Shown here: piece by piece, positions 55,058 through 63,794 of the stretch
Numbering within the stretch: position 1 is the stretch's first letter
Layout: every line of letters begins with the position of its first letter
DNA from: Acidobacteriota bacterium
Lineage (GTDB): Bacteria; Acidobacteriota; Thermoanaerobaculia; Multivoradales; JBCCEF01
Assembly: GCA_039028635.1 (NCBI GenBank)
Contig: JBCCHV010000019.1
Coordinates: 28,343 to 92,342 of the forward strand
DNA length: 64,000 nucleotides
Direction of reading: 5' to 3'
The notes under the pieces: generated by a model
The model's input: only the letters and a program-made list of their open reading frames with translations
What the model was told of the DNA's origin: nothing
Database searches by the model: none
Program-made: the position numbers and the translations under genes

Positions 55058-56592
55058 GACGAGACCTCCGCCGGCGGCAGCCACTCGTCGATGCGAATCC
55101 CGAGGCGGCCGTCGATCACCAAGGCGCGGCCGCGGCCCAGGCGGCGCGAGCCGTGGCCCTGGCGCAGCAGGATCTCGACCGGCTCGTCGGCCTCGCGACC
55201 GGCTTCCAGAACGGTTCCTTCGCCCCAGCCCTGGAGCTCCCGCAGGGGCACCGCGAGGCGGCAAAGCTCGAAGGCCAGAACCACTTCGAGGTCCTGCGGA
55301 TCGAACGGCTCGTCCACCGGCTCCTCGGCCACCGGGGCTACTTGCGGTTCGGAATTCATCGCCTCTCCTTTCTCCGTCCGGCGCCAGGCGCCGGCGGTTA
55401 GATCGAGCTGGCCGTCGGCGCTCCAACGCCCTTCGCGCCAGCGGTCTTGCAGCACCAGACGCACCTTCGGCCCCCAGCCCTCGGCCTCGGTGCCGGCCTC
55501 GAATCCCGCATCGGGCAACAAGATGTCGCCCACCTTGAGGGCTCGCAGCTCCCCCAGCGTGAGCTCGAGGGTGGCGCCGAGCACCGACACTGCGAAGCTC
55601 AGGTCGCGGGTCCAGTCCATCGGCATCGGCGGCTCCGAGTCGTCGCGCCACAGCAGGCAGACCTCCCAGTCGCCCCCGGCGAAGGCGACGGGCACCCGAG
55701 CCGCGAACCAGGCGTCGCCCTCGGGTAGCTCGAGGACTCCGCCGGGCACCACACCCGACACCTCGACCGGCGATTCGAGGGCGGTCGCCAGCCGACGGGC
55801 GGTGTCTTCGAGCAGATAGGAGGTCACCGCGAGGTCGACGCCGCGGTCGAGGTCCGGAGCGGCGGGATCCGCGCCGTCATCGGCCAGGCCGTGGTGCCGA
55901 TGGGCCCAGGCGAGCCAGCCGACGGGCAGCCGGCACCAGCCGCTCCAGCGACCGAGGCGCAGCCGAAACCAGGGATCGCCGTCGGCACCGAGCTGGTCCT
56001 GCGGCCGCTCCGCGGTGATCACCTGGCCGCTGACGGTGCCGATCTCCGGAGGCTCCATCGCGACCCGATCGCCCGGCCCTTGGTAGGTCAGGCGGTGCTC
56101 GCCGAGCTCGAAGTCCTCGTCCACCGCCAGGGGACGAGTGTCCCCGCCGGTCCTCAGCGCAGCCGCGCCGTCCTCCGCCCAGCGCACTTCGACGGCGAAG
56201 GGCTCGCCGTCGTCGGCCAACCGCAGGTGACAGTCGGCCCGGTTTCCGATGCGCAGGGGATCGGCCGCCAGCTCGCAGAGGGTCTCGCCGCCGGCGGCGT
56301 CCACCACCCGCCAACGGGATTTCTCCCCGGCCATCTGCCAGGCCTGCGCCAGTGCCGCGGCCAGTGGCTCTCGCCAGCGACTCAGGGCCGCCCCGAGTCG
56401 CCGATCGAGGGAGGCCTGCAGGCGTTGCATCGCCAGCTCCAGCGGTTGCGGCCGCGGCAGGAGCTCGCTCCAGGGTTCGGCCCGGGCCACCGCATCCGCC
56501 GGCCAGACCAGCGCCGCCGGGCGACGCCGCGGGCGAGCCGCGGCCGGGCGTGGCGCCGCCACCTCCGACCGCGGCTGTGGCGCGAGCTTCAC
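55054..56592 (-). CDS. sctQ: Type III secretion sorting-platform protein SctQ (YscQ/HrcQ; C-terminal SpoA/FliN domain)
   Basis: 512 aa; C-terminal SpoA domain (LEVVLAFELCRLAVPLRELQGWGEGTVLEAGREADEPVEILLRQGH...IDGRLGIRIDEW); start overlaps the sctP stop. Confidence 0.75.
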   Translation of the reverse strand: MKLAPQPRSEVAAPRPAAARPRRRPAALVWPADAVARAEPWSELLPRPQPLELAMQRLQASLDRRLGAALSRWREPLAAALAQAWQMAGEKSRWRVVDAAGGETLCELAADPLRIGNRADCHLRLADDGEPFAVEVRWAEDGAAALRTGGDTRPLAVDEDFELGEHRLTYQGPGDRVAMEPPEIGTVSGQVITAERPQDQLGADGDPWFRLRLGRWSGWCRLPVGWLAWAHRHHGLADDGADPAAPDLDRGVDLAVTSYLLEDTARRLATALESPVEVSGVVPGGVLELPEGDAWFAARVPVAFAGGDWEVCLLWRDDSEPPMPMDWTRDLSFAVSVLGATLELTLGELRALKVGDILLPDAGFEAGTEAEGWGPKVRLVLQDRWREGRWSADGQLDLTAGAWRRTEKGEAMNSEPQVAPVAEEPVDEPFDPQDLEVVLAFELCRLAVPLRELQGWGEGTVLEAGREADEPVEILLRQGHGSRRLGRGRALVIDGRLGIRIDEWLPPAEVSS

Positions 56593-57320
56593 CGAGAGCT
56601 CTCCCGAGAGTCGCCTTGACGGCCCTGATCGCCGCCCTGGCCACCGCCGCCACCGCCGGCGTCGCCACCGTGCTGGCCGTCACCCTTCTGCCGCTGCTCA
56701 CCGGCGACGGGCGCCTCGCCGCTCAGGAGCTCGCCGGCGGGTCGGGTCTCGACGCTCACCACCGCGCTGCTCAGGCCGCGCTGTTCGAGGGCCGCCGACA
56801 GCCCTTCGAGGCGCGCCTCGACGGCACGCCTCTGATCGACCGTTTCGGTGATCAGAGCAATTTCGAAGCGCCCTCCACCGTGGCGCACGATGCGCGCACC
56901 GCGGATGCCGCTGTCCCCCCCGGCGAGGCGCAGATCGAGCTGCACTCGATCGCCCACCCGCACCAGCCGCGTCGCCGTCACCAGCCGTTCGGCGAGCTCC
57001 GCCGTCATCGCCGCCTCGGCCTCGCCGAATGCGATCGCGTCGGAGCCGGCGATCGCCTCCGCCTCGACCGTGCGATAGCCCGGTAGGGACGGTAGAGCGT
57101 CCCGCCCGTCGGCCTCCGGCTCCGGAACCGGCAGTCCGGCGCCGGCCGGTGCTTTGGTCTTCGCCGGCGCCGCCGGCTCGCGCTCCAGCGCAGCCAGCAG
57201 CGCGGCGAACTCGCCTCCATCGGCGGGCCGCTCCAGCGTCAGTCTCTTGGATCGTGCCTTCTCGGCGGGCGCCGGCAGCGGCGCCTGAGTCCGCGGAACC
57301 TGGGGTCCCCGTGTCTTCAT
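56589..57320 (-). CDS. sctP: Type III secretion needle-length regulator SctP (YscP/FliK-like)
   Basis: Pro/Ala-rich N-terminal region and a FliK-like C-terminal domain (RLVRVGDRVQLDLRLAGGDSGIRGARIVRHGGGRFEIALITETV); start at MKTRGPQV overlaps the sctO stop. Confidence 0.55.
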   Translation of the reverse strand: MKTRGPQVPRTQAPLPAPAEKARSKRLTLERPADGGEFAALLAALEREPAAPAKTKAPAGAGLPVPEPEADGRDALPSLPGYRTVEAEAIAGSDAIAFGEAEAAMTAELAERLVTATRLVRVGDRVQLDLRLAGGDSGIRGARIVRHGGGRFEIALITETVDQRRAVEARLEGLSAALEQRGLSSAVVSVETRPAGELLSGEAPVAGEQRQKGDGQHGGDAGGGGGGQGGDQGRQGDSRESSR

Positions 57321-57817
57321 CGGCTCTCTCCCGTGTGCAGCACCCAGCCGCTGGTCACAAAGTCCGCCACCGCTTTGTTCTCGCGGCCGGCGAAGGAGCG
57401 CAACCGGCGGCGGCGCCAGATCTCGAAGTGCTTCTCGACGGCTCGCACCTCGCGAGCGCGGGCCGCCAGCCGCCGCTGACACTGCGCGAGCTGCTGCTCC
57501 TCGTCGGCCAGCTCCCGACGCCGCCCTTCGGCGGCCGACCAGGCTTCATCCACCTGACGCCGCAGACAGGCCAAGCCGGAGCTCGAAGCGGCCAGCCAAA
57601 AGGCGTGGCGCGGCCGCCGCGGGCTACTGCCGAAGAGATCTCGCTCGGCCAGACCGAGACTGGACCGGCGGCGCTCCGCCAGCTCCTCGGCGGCCTGCAG
57701 CCGACCGCTCGCCGCCGCCACCGCCGCGACCTGGGCGGCGAGGGCGCGACGCGCCTCGTCGCGACGCCCTTCGCGGTGACGACGCAGGGCCTCCAGGGGA
57801 TACGCCGGCAGCTTCAT
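57317..57817 (-). CDS. sctO: Type III secretion stalk protein SctO (YscO/FliJ-like coiled coil)
   Basis: 166 aa Arg/Glu/Ala/Leu-rich coiled coil at the SctO position; stop/start overlaps on both sides. Confidence 0.55.
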   Translation of the reverse strand: MKLPAYPLEALRRHREGRRDEARRALAAQVAAVAAASGRLQAAEELAERRRSSLGLAERDLFGSSPRRPRHAFWLAASSSGLACLRRQVDEAWSAAEGRRRELADEEQQLAQCQRRLAARAREVRAVEKHFEIWRRRRLRSFAGRENKAVADFVTSGWVLHTGESR

Positions 57818-59145
57818 GCCACCGTCTCCGCCAGGCCCGTCAGGGCGCCATCGAGATCGCTCGGCTCATCCGGCCGCTGGCGCAGGAAGGCATCGATGCG
57901 CGCGCGGCGGGCGAGGTACTCGTCGACCTCCGGCTCACTGCCCTCTTGGTAGGCGCCGATGTGGATGAGATCGGCATGCTTGTCATAGGCCGCCAGCAAC
58001 CCCCGCAGGCGCAGCGCTCGCTCCTCCTGGTCGATGACGGCGAGGCGCGAGAACAGCCGGCTGGTGCTCTTCAGCAGGTCGATCGCCGGGTAGTGGCCGC
58101 GTGCCGCCAGCGACGAGGTCAGAACGATGTGGCCGTCGAGAATCGAGCGCACTTCCTCGGCGATCGGATCGTTGAGCTCGTCATCCTCCACCAAGACCGT
58201 GTAGAGGGCGGTGACGGAGCCCCGCTCGGCGTTGCCGGTGCGTTCGAGCAGGCGGGGCAGCACGGCGAAGACGGACGGCGGGAAACCGTTGCGAGCCGGC
58301 GGCTCGCCGGCGGCCAGACCGGCCTCCCGCTGCGCCCGCGCGAAGCGCGTGACGGAGTCCATCAGGAACAGCACCCGGCGTCCCTGGTCGCGAAAGCTCT
58401 CGGCGATGGCGGTGGCCACGTAGGCCGCCTTCAGCCGGATCAGGGACGGTTGGTCGGAGGTCGCCACCACCACCACCGAGCGCGCCAGGCCGTCTTCGCC
58501 GAGGGACTCGCGCAGGAAGTCGAGCACCTCGCGACCGCGCTCCCCGACCAGGGCGATGACGTTGATGTCGGCCGCCGTGTTGCGGGCCATCATGGCGAGC
58601 AGCGTCGACTTGCCGTGGCCGGCGCCGGCGAAGATGCCGACCCGCTGGCCTTCCCCGAGGGTCAGGCAGGCGTCCACCGCCCGCACTCCGACGCTCAGCG
58701 GTCGCTCGATGGCGCGCCGTCGCATCGGCTCCGGAGGCGCACCGTCGACCGCTCGGCCGAGGCCCGCGAGGTCGCGCAAGGGACCGAGATCATCCATCGG
58801 CCGGCCGAGGCCGTCGAGCACCCGGCCGAGGAGGCCATCCCCCACCGGCACCCGCAGCGTGCGGCCGTCCGGCGAGACCCGGCTGTCGGGGCCGATGCCC
58901 TCCATTTCACCGAGGGCCATCAGATGGACCTCGGAGCCACGAAAGCCGACCACCTCGGCGCTCACCGGCTGAGCTACCCGCGGGGTATGGATGGTGCACA
59001 GCTCGCCGAGGCGTACCCCCGGGACGCGCGCCCGGATGAGCAGGCCGGTGACGTCCGTCACCCGCCCGCGGATGTCACATGGCGACAGGCCCGCCAGGCG
59101 CTGCTGCCAGGCCCCCAGGTCGACCACCGGCGCCGCCTCCTTCAC
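57814..59145 (-). CDS. sctN: Type III secretion ATPase SctN (YscN/FliI family)
   Basis: 443 aa; Walker A GAGHGKST and F1/FliI-type ATPase core. Confidence 0.9.
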   Translation of the reverse strand: MKEAAPVVDLGAWQQRLAGLSPCDIRGRVTDVTGLLIRARVPGVRLGELCTIHTPRVAQPVSAEVVGFRGSEVHLMALGEMEGIGPDSRVSPDGRTLRVPVGDGLLGRVLDGLGRPMDDLGPLRDLAGLGRAVDGAPPEPMRRRAIERPLSVGVRAVDACLTLGEGQRVGIFAGAGHGKSTLLAMMARNTAADINVIALVGERGREVLDFLRESLGEDGLARSVVVVATSDQPSLIRLKAAYVATAIAESFRDQGRRVLFLMDSVTRFARAQREAGLAAGEPPARNGFPPSVFAVLPRLLERTGNAERGSVTALYTVLVEDDELNDPIAEEVRSILDGHIVLTSSLAARGHYPAIDLLKSTSRLFSRLAVIDQEERALRLRGLLAAYDKHADLIHIGAYQEGSEPEVDEYLARRARIDAFLRQRPDEPSDLDGALTGLAETVA

Positions 59146-59783
59146 GCCTCGTCCTCCGGCTGCAGCAGCACCCGGCGGATCGCCGTTGCCTGGGTCTCGA
59201 GGGAGGCGTCGATCTGCCCGAACTCGGTTTCGAGGACACAGCCGCCGCGGCTCAAGCCGTCGTCGACGGCGACGCTCAGGACCTCCCAGCGCGGGTGCCG
59301 CTCGAGCAGCCGTTGACGCAGCCCGCGGGCGACCTCCGCGTCATCCGGATGAACCGTCATCACCAGCCGGCCAAAGCTGCGATGGGGCAACAGCTCGAGG
59401 GTCTCGACGAAGGCCGCCTCGACCAGTGAGGGGTCGATCTCGAGGCTCTGCCGCAGCAGCTTGGCGGCGATTGCCAGGGCCATCTCCACGACCTGCGGTC
59501 GGGCCCTTTCGAGCACCTCCCGACGGGCCTCCGACAAACGCCCATAACGCTCCTGCCAGCGCGCCAGGCAGGCCGCGGTGACGCCTTCGACGGCCGCTTC
59601 ACTGCGCAAGCGGGCCTCCTCTTCGGCAGCCGCCAGAATCGCCACCGCCCGGGTCTCGGCCCGCGCCACGATCTCCTCGGCGCGCCGTTCCGCCGCGAAG
59701 ATCTCGCCGGCGATGACCCTCGGGGCCGCCGTCGGCGACGCCGTCTCCGCCGGCACGTACTCGGCCTTGATCCAGCGACTCAC
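59142..59783 (-). CDS. sctL: Type III secretion stator protein SctL (YscL/FliH family)
   Basis: GTG start with GGGAGG RBS, overlapping the sctK stop (GTGA); FliH-like coiled-coil N-terminal region and C-terminal domain. The ORF-track extension to 59861 is rejected. Confidence 0.65.
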   Translation of the reverse strand: MSRWIKAEYVPAETASPTAAPRVIAGEIFAAERRAEEIVARAETRAVAILAAAEEEARLRSEAAVEGVTAACLARWQERYGRLSEARREVLERARPQVVEMALAIAAKLLRQSLEIDPSLVEAAFVETLELLPHRSFGRLVMTVHPDDAEVARGLRQRLLERHPRWEVLSVAVDDGLSRGGCVLETEFGQIDASLETQATAIRRVLLQPEDEA

Positions 59784-60778
59784 GACGGACCTCCCGGCAG
59801 CTCGCCGATCAGGCCCTGGGCCCGCAAGCGCCCGATCTCCATCGTCAGGGAGCGCTGCCACTGCCGGCCATCGGCCACCACCAGAGTTTGATTGGGCTGC
59901 GCCAAGCGCTCTCGGAGACGTCGCCCGAAGACCTGCGGCAGGCGCAGCGCCAGGCGCTGGCCAGCGGCCGCCTCACCGCCCGCCGAAGCTTGCGCGGCGA
60001 GGTCTTCGAGGGCGAGCACGAGCGGCACCTCGCGGCCTTCGCGGCCGGCCTCCAGCTCGCGCCGCAACAGGTCGCCCCAGGCTTCCGCTTCGCCTTCGCC
60101 AGCGGAGGACTCCCGTCGGGAGGCGTCGCCCATCGTCCCGGGCGAGGCCTTGCCGCCGTCGGCGGCGCGCTGCCGCAGCAGGACGCGCAGGGCCACCGGC
60201 AGGGAAAAGACCGCCGCCAGGGCGGCGCGATGACCGAGCCTCGGCAAGCCGGCGGCCAGTCCACGCAGGCCGAAGCGCTCGAGCAGGAGCAGCAGCTCCC
60301 CCGCCGGCAGACGATCGAGGTAGCTCCAGGGCCGGGCGGGGTCGATCGCCGCCGGCCAATCCCTCGGATAGGCCAGGGAGCGCTGCAAGCGACGCTGCCA
60401 CCAAGCCTCGAACCAGGGCGGCGGTGACCCCACCGCCCAGGCTCTCGAGGTGTCGTCGAGGTGCTCCAGCACCGGCCGCCGCAAAGACTCTGGCAATCGA
60501 TCGAGGGCCCACAGGCGGAGCAGCGGATCGGCCGGCAAGGCATGCGCCAGCCACGAGCTGTCGATGCGCTCCAGGGGCGGGTCGTCGAGGCGGCGGCGCA
60601 ACGCCTCGAGGGCGCGCCATCGCAGGCCGCCTTCGACCCCTTCGAGAGCGCTCACCCAACCGGCGGACGCCGCGCCCGGGGCCTCCTGCGGCGGCCCTTC
60701 GGAGCCGTCCGCCACCGGCCCCAGCCAGTGACCGATGACCTGCGTCAGACCGCGAGCGGTCGCCGCCGACAGGCTCAC
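59780..60778 (-). CDS. sctK: Putative SctK (YscK-position sorting-platform protein)
   Basis: 332 aa Leu/Arg/Trp-rich protein in the position between sctJ and sctL; assigned from position and the coupling overlaps only. Confidence 0.45.
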   Translation of the reverse strand: MSLSAATARGLTQVIGHWLGPVADGSEGPPQEAPGAASAGWVSALEGVEGGLRWRALEALRRRLDDPPLERIDSSWLAHALPADPLLRLWALDRLPESLRRPVLEHLDDTSRAWAVGSPPPWFEAWWQRRLQRSLAYPRDWPAAIDPARPWSYLDRLPAGELLLLLERFGLRGLAAGLPRLGHRAALAAVFSLPVALRVLLRQRAADGGKASPGTMGDASRRESSAGEGEAEAWGDLLRRELEAGREGREVPLVLALEDLAAQASAGGEAAAGQRLALRLPQVFGRRLRERLAQPNQTLVVADGRQWQRSLTMEIGRLRAQGLIGELPGGPS

Positions 60779-61599
60779 TCGGCGGCCTCCTCCGGCGTCG
60801 CCACCAGACCGGTGCGTTCGACCACCAGCTCGTCGCGCAGCTCACCGATCATGCGACTCTGCCAGAAGACCGCGAACCCGAGTCCGGCGATGATCAAGAC
60901 CGCCAGCGTAATCAAGCCTTTGAGGGTCGGCAGAGTGCCCTCTTCGACCACCAAGGCCCCCACCTTGACCAGATTACCGTCGCTCAGGGGAAGAGTCCCC
61001 GGCGCAGCGATGGAGGCCGGTTTCTGCACCACCGCCACCAGCTCCGGGGTCATCTCCTCCACCGAGTTGGCGACGATCTTCTGGATCTCGACGTTCTGGA
61101 TCGGCGCCAATCCCTGGGAGGTCGGTTGATACTCGACCACCACCGACGCCTTGGCCTGGCCGGCCGGTCGGCCGGCGAGATCGACCTTCGGCCGCACCAG
61201 ATGCACGCGGGCGTCGATCACGCCGTCGATGGATTCGAGGGTGTGGGCGATCTCGCCCTGCAGCGCTTCGAGGTAGAGGGCCTGCTCTTCCATCGGCGTC
61301 ATCACCAGCTTGCTCTTGCCGAAGACGTCCTGGAAACGCCGGTCCTGTACCCGCGGCAGCTTGTACTCGGCGAGCAGGGAGAAGGCGCGTCCGGCGGAGC
61401 CGCGGGAGGTGATCACCCGCCAGCGGTTGCCCTCGGCATCGTCGAGCTCCTTGTGGGCCTCGATGCCGTGATGCTGCAGCACCGCCAGAATGCGGGTCGC
61501 CTCGTCCTCCGGGATGTCGTGCAGGAGCTCGGCGCTGCAGGCGCCCAGGGCGAGCGCCAGGAAGACGATCGCGAGCCGGCCCAGGGTTGCTCTCCGCAT
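60775..61599 (-). CDS. sctJ: Type III secretion inner-membrane ring lipoprotein SctJ (YscJ/PrgK family)
   Basis: Start at MRRATLGRLAIVFLALALGACS (lipobox LGAC); YscJ-like periplasmic domain and C-terminal TM. The ORF-track 136-codon extension is rejected. Confidence 0.8.
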   Translation of the reverse strand: MRRATLGRLAIVFLALALGACSAELLHDIPEDEATRILAVLQHHGIEAHKELDDAEGNRWRVITSRGSAGRAFSLLAEYKLPRVQDRRFQDVFGKSKLVMTPMEEQALYLEALQGEIAHTLESIDGVIDARVHLVRPKVDLAGRPAGQAKASVVVEYQPTSQGLAPIQNVEIQKIVANSVEEMTPELVAVVQKPASIAAPGTLPLSDGNLVKVGALVVEEGTLPTLKGLITLAVLIIAGLGFAVFWQSRMIGELRDELVVERTGLVATPEEAAE

Positions 61600-61603
61600 G
61601 GCC

Positions 61604-62047
61604 CTAGATCTGCTGCTGGAAGAGCTGTTTGGCGCCATTGACGACCTCCGAAACGCCCTTCGTGGTGGTTTCGATCTGGAGGGTGATCTTGTGGATCTCG
61701 AGCTGCATGCGGAGCAGCTCCTGGGGGCTGTAGGGACGCGCCGACTCGAGCTCACCGAGGAGCTTCTCGAGCTGCACGAAGCTCTCCTCGGCGCCATCGA
61801 GGAAGGAGGTGGCAGGGGGCGCCGCCTCGCCGGCGTCGACCTCCGGCGGACGCGACACCAGGGAGCGCTCGCCCCCCGGACCACTGAGCAACAGCGGCCC
61901 GCGGCCCGCTCCTTCCGCTCCCCGCTCGGCCGCCGACAGGAAGGCTTCGAAGGTCGGTCCCGGCGGCACCGACCAGGAGCGTTGGCCGCTGGCGGCGCCG
62001 GCGGCACCCTGAGCTTCGGCGATGGCTGCGATCGATTTCACCGTCAT
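61604..62047 (-). CDS. sctI: Type III secretion inner-rod protein SctI (YscI/PrgJ-like)
   Basis: 147 aa; start at MTVKSIAAIAE with GGAGGAG RBS; C-terminal ...LLRMQLEIHKITLQIETTTKGVSEVVNGAKQLFQQ typical of rod/needle-family C-termini. Confidence 0.55.
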   Translation of the reverse strand: MTVKSIAAIAEAQGAAGAASGQRSWSVPPGPTFEAFLSAAERGAEGAGRGPLLLSGPGGERSLVSRPPEVDAGEAAPPATSFLDGAEESFVQLEKLLGELESARPYSPQELLRMQLEIHKITLQIETTTKGVSEVVNGAKQLFQQQI

Positions 62048-62066
62048 GGCAACTCCTCCTGCCGCT

Positions 62067-62465
62067 CTAGACGCGCTGGAACATGCCCTGCTCGAGGCCC
62101 GTCTTGAGGGCCACGGCAAAGCGGTGGGAGACATCCGAACGCCCTTCGGAGATGAGCTCCGAGAGCACTGTCAGGGCTTCGCGCCAACGCCGCTGGGCGA
62201 CCAGCGCCTCGCCCAGGAAGACGCGCAGGGTGCGATCGCCGGGACGCTTCTGGAGGGCCTTGCGGTAGGCCTGCTCGGCGCGCCGGTAGCGGCCGCGGAA
62301 GAACTCGAGCTGGCCACCCAGCCAGTGGGTCGCGGCGGCCTCCGGCGCCAGCCCTTCGAGGGCTCGAAGGAGCTCGTCGGCGCGCTCGACGCGGCCGAGC
62401 TCGAGATGGGCTTGGCACAACTCTTCCAGCAGGGTGATCAGCTCGCTGCGCTCGATCTCGGGCAT
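62067..62465 (-). CDS. sctG: Small TPR chaperone (YscG/PscG-like, needle-subunit chaperone position)
   Basis: 132 aa with three TPR-like helical hairpins; between sctF and sctI as in the yscEFG order; start at MPEIERSEL. Confidence 0.5.
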   Translation of the reverse strand: MPEIERSELITLLEELCQAHLELGRVERADELLRALEGLAPEAAATHWLGGQLEFFRGRYRRAEQAYRKALQKRPGDRTLRVFLGEALVAQRRWREALTVLSELISEGRSDVSHRFAVALKTGLEQGMFQRV

Positions 62466-62550
62466 GGCACCAACCTTTCCGCTCGTTGCCTCTTCCCTCG
62501 AAGGGCCCCGCAAGGCCCGCGGATCCACCGGACGACGGCTGCCCGAAGGC

Positions 62551-62826
62551 TTAGCCGCTGCGCATGTTGCGCACCGAGTTCTGGGCGGTTTCGTGGCGCG
62601 CCTTGATGATGTTCGAGAAGGTGGTGAAGAAGCGCTGCTCGGCCATGATGCGCATCTGGAGCTGGAGGTAGAAGACCATGTCCTCGACCCCACCGGTGGA
62701 AGGGTCGGTCATGTGCTGAGAGAAGTCTTCGCCATCGATTTCGAGCGGAACGTCGACGTTGTTGAGGTTCGAGCCCTCGGTCTGGCGAGGAAACTTGAGG
62801 TCGGTGGGGACGGTGGTCATCGACAT
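62551..62826 (-). CDS. sctF: Type III secretion needle subunit SctF (YscF/PrgI/MxiH family)
   Basis: About 91 aa helix-turn-helix protein ...DMVFYLQLQMRIMAEQRFFTTFSNIIKARHETAQNSVRNMR at the needle position; start at the second ATG (AGGAGG, 6-nt spacer). Confidence 0.6.
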   Translation of the reverse strand: MSMTTVPTDLKFPRQTEGSNLNNVDVPLEIDGEDFSQHMTDPSTGGVEDMVFYLQLQMRIMAEQRFFTTFSNIIKARHETAQNSVRNMRSG

Positions 62827-62841
62827 TGGCATCCTCCTGGC

Positions 62842-63093
62842 TCAGCGGAGCCCGGCTAAGGATTGGGAGGCCCGCAGGCCGTAGAGCTCATCGAGTGCGT
62901 CGACGGTGATCCCGGCGACGGCATTGAGGTCGGCCCCGGCGGCAGGCTTGCGCAGGGCGGCCGAGAGGCGCTTGAGGCGGGCCCGGAAGTCGGCCGGTGG
63001 GGCGGCCAGCCAGGGGGTCAGGGTGGGAAAGGCTCGCCGATGGAGCTTGGGAAGGTGGTCTCCAGGGGACCGGCTGGGAAGCATGCTGGCCAT
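62842..63093 (-). CDS. Small helical protein upstream of sctF (YscE-like co-chaperone position)
   Basis: About 80 aa, Ala/Leu/Arg-rich (FRARLKRLSAALRKPAAGADLNAVAGITVDALDELYGL); start uncertain (ATG at 63093 or 63084). Confidence 0.35.
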   Translation of the reverse strand: MASMLPSRSPGDHLPKLHRRAFPTLTPWLAAPPADFRARLKRLSAALRKPAAGADLNAVAGITVDALDELYGLRASQSLAGLR

Positions 63094-63219
63094 CCTTTCG
63101 GCAGTTCCGGCGCCAACCTTCGGCGCCTCTTCGGGTTGGCATCGAGGCCCGCGGGTGATCCCGTCGGGAGCCCGCGGGCCTCGCGCCAAGACTTGGCTCG
63201 AACCCGATCCCGCTCGGGA

Positions 63220-63774
63220 TCAGGCGTGCCCCTCGTTTTCGAGGCGCACGATGCGGGCTCGGATCTCGTCGAGGGCGCCAGGGCCCTTCTCTTCGATCTC
63301 CTTGGCCACGGCCACCACCACCATCGCCAGACTGCGCGCCCGATTGGCGTGCGGATCGCGGCCCTCCGGATCGAGGGTCACCGCCCGCTCGAGGAGCGCA
63401 GCCGCACTTTCCAGGTCACCCTTCTCGAGAGCGAGCTCGCCGAGGTTGGTGGCTGCCGCGATGTCGTTGGGGTCGAGATCGAGGGCCCTCCGGAGCGAGA
63501 CCACCGCCTCCTCCTTGTCGCTCATCTGCATCTGCAGGGCGCCCAAACAGGAATGAAGGTAGGCGTTGTCCGGCTCGAGGCCGGCGAGGGTCTGTAACAG
63601 AAGGCGTGCACTATCCGGGCGTCCTTGATCGGCCAGCTCGTGCGCATAGAGCGCCATCGCCAGAATCCGATCGCTGTCCAGGCCAATCGCCTCGTGCGGC
63701 GTTTGCCCTTCGAGGAAGCCATCGATCGCCTTCCTGAGCTCCGCGTGGACTGCTTCGATCTCGTGGTGTGCCAT
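63220..63774 (-). CDS. Class II T3SS TPR chaperone (SycD/LcrH/CesD-like)
   Basis: 184 aa with three consecutive TPRs (LYAHELADQGRPDSARLLLQTLAGLEPDNAYLHSCLGALQMQMSDKEEAVVSLRRALDLDPNDIAAATNLGELALEKGD). Confidence 0.6.
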   Translation of the reverse strand: MAHHEIEAVHAELRKAIDGFLEGQTPHEAIGLDSDRILAMALYAHELADQGRPDSARLLLQTLAGLEPDNAYLHSCLGALQMQMSDKEEAVVSLRRALDLDPNDIAAATNLGELALEKGDLESAAALLERAVTLDPEGRDPHANRARSLAMVVVAVAKEIEEKGPGALDEIRARIVRLENEGHA

Positions 63775-63794
63775 GGTTTCAAGCCCCAATCAAG

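Noticed and set aside
34243-56592. Antisense or alternative-frame ORFs over the CHAT gene, the islet genes and the T3SS cluster. Examples: 34243..35235 -, 40344..41525 -, 40511..41935 +, 42143..44164 +, 42390..43481 -, 44558..47047 +, 46480..47547 -, 47349..49223 +, 49640..51928 +, 51714..52916 +, 53899..54948 -, 54710..55819 +, 55891..56619 +.
   Set aside because: Overlap confidently identified genes (TonB-dependent receptor, PepSY, transporter, FHA proteins, SctV/U/T/S/R/Q). Their composition is typical of GC-rich non-coding frames.
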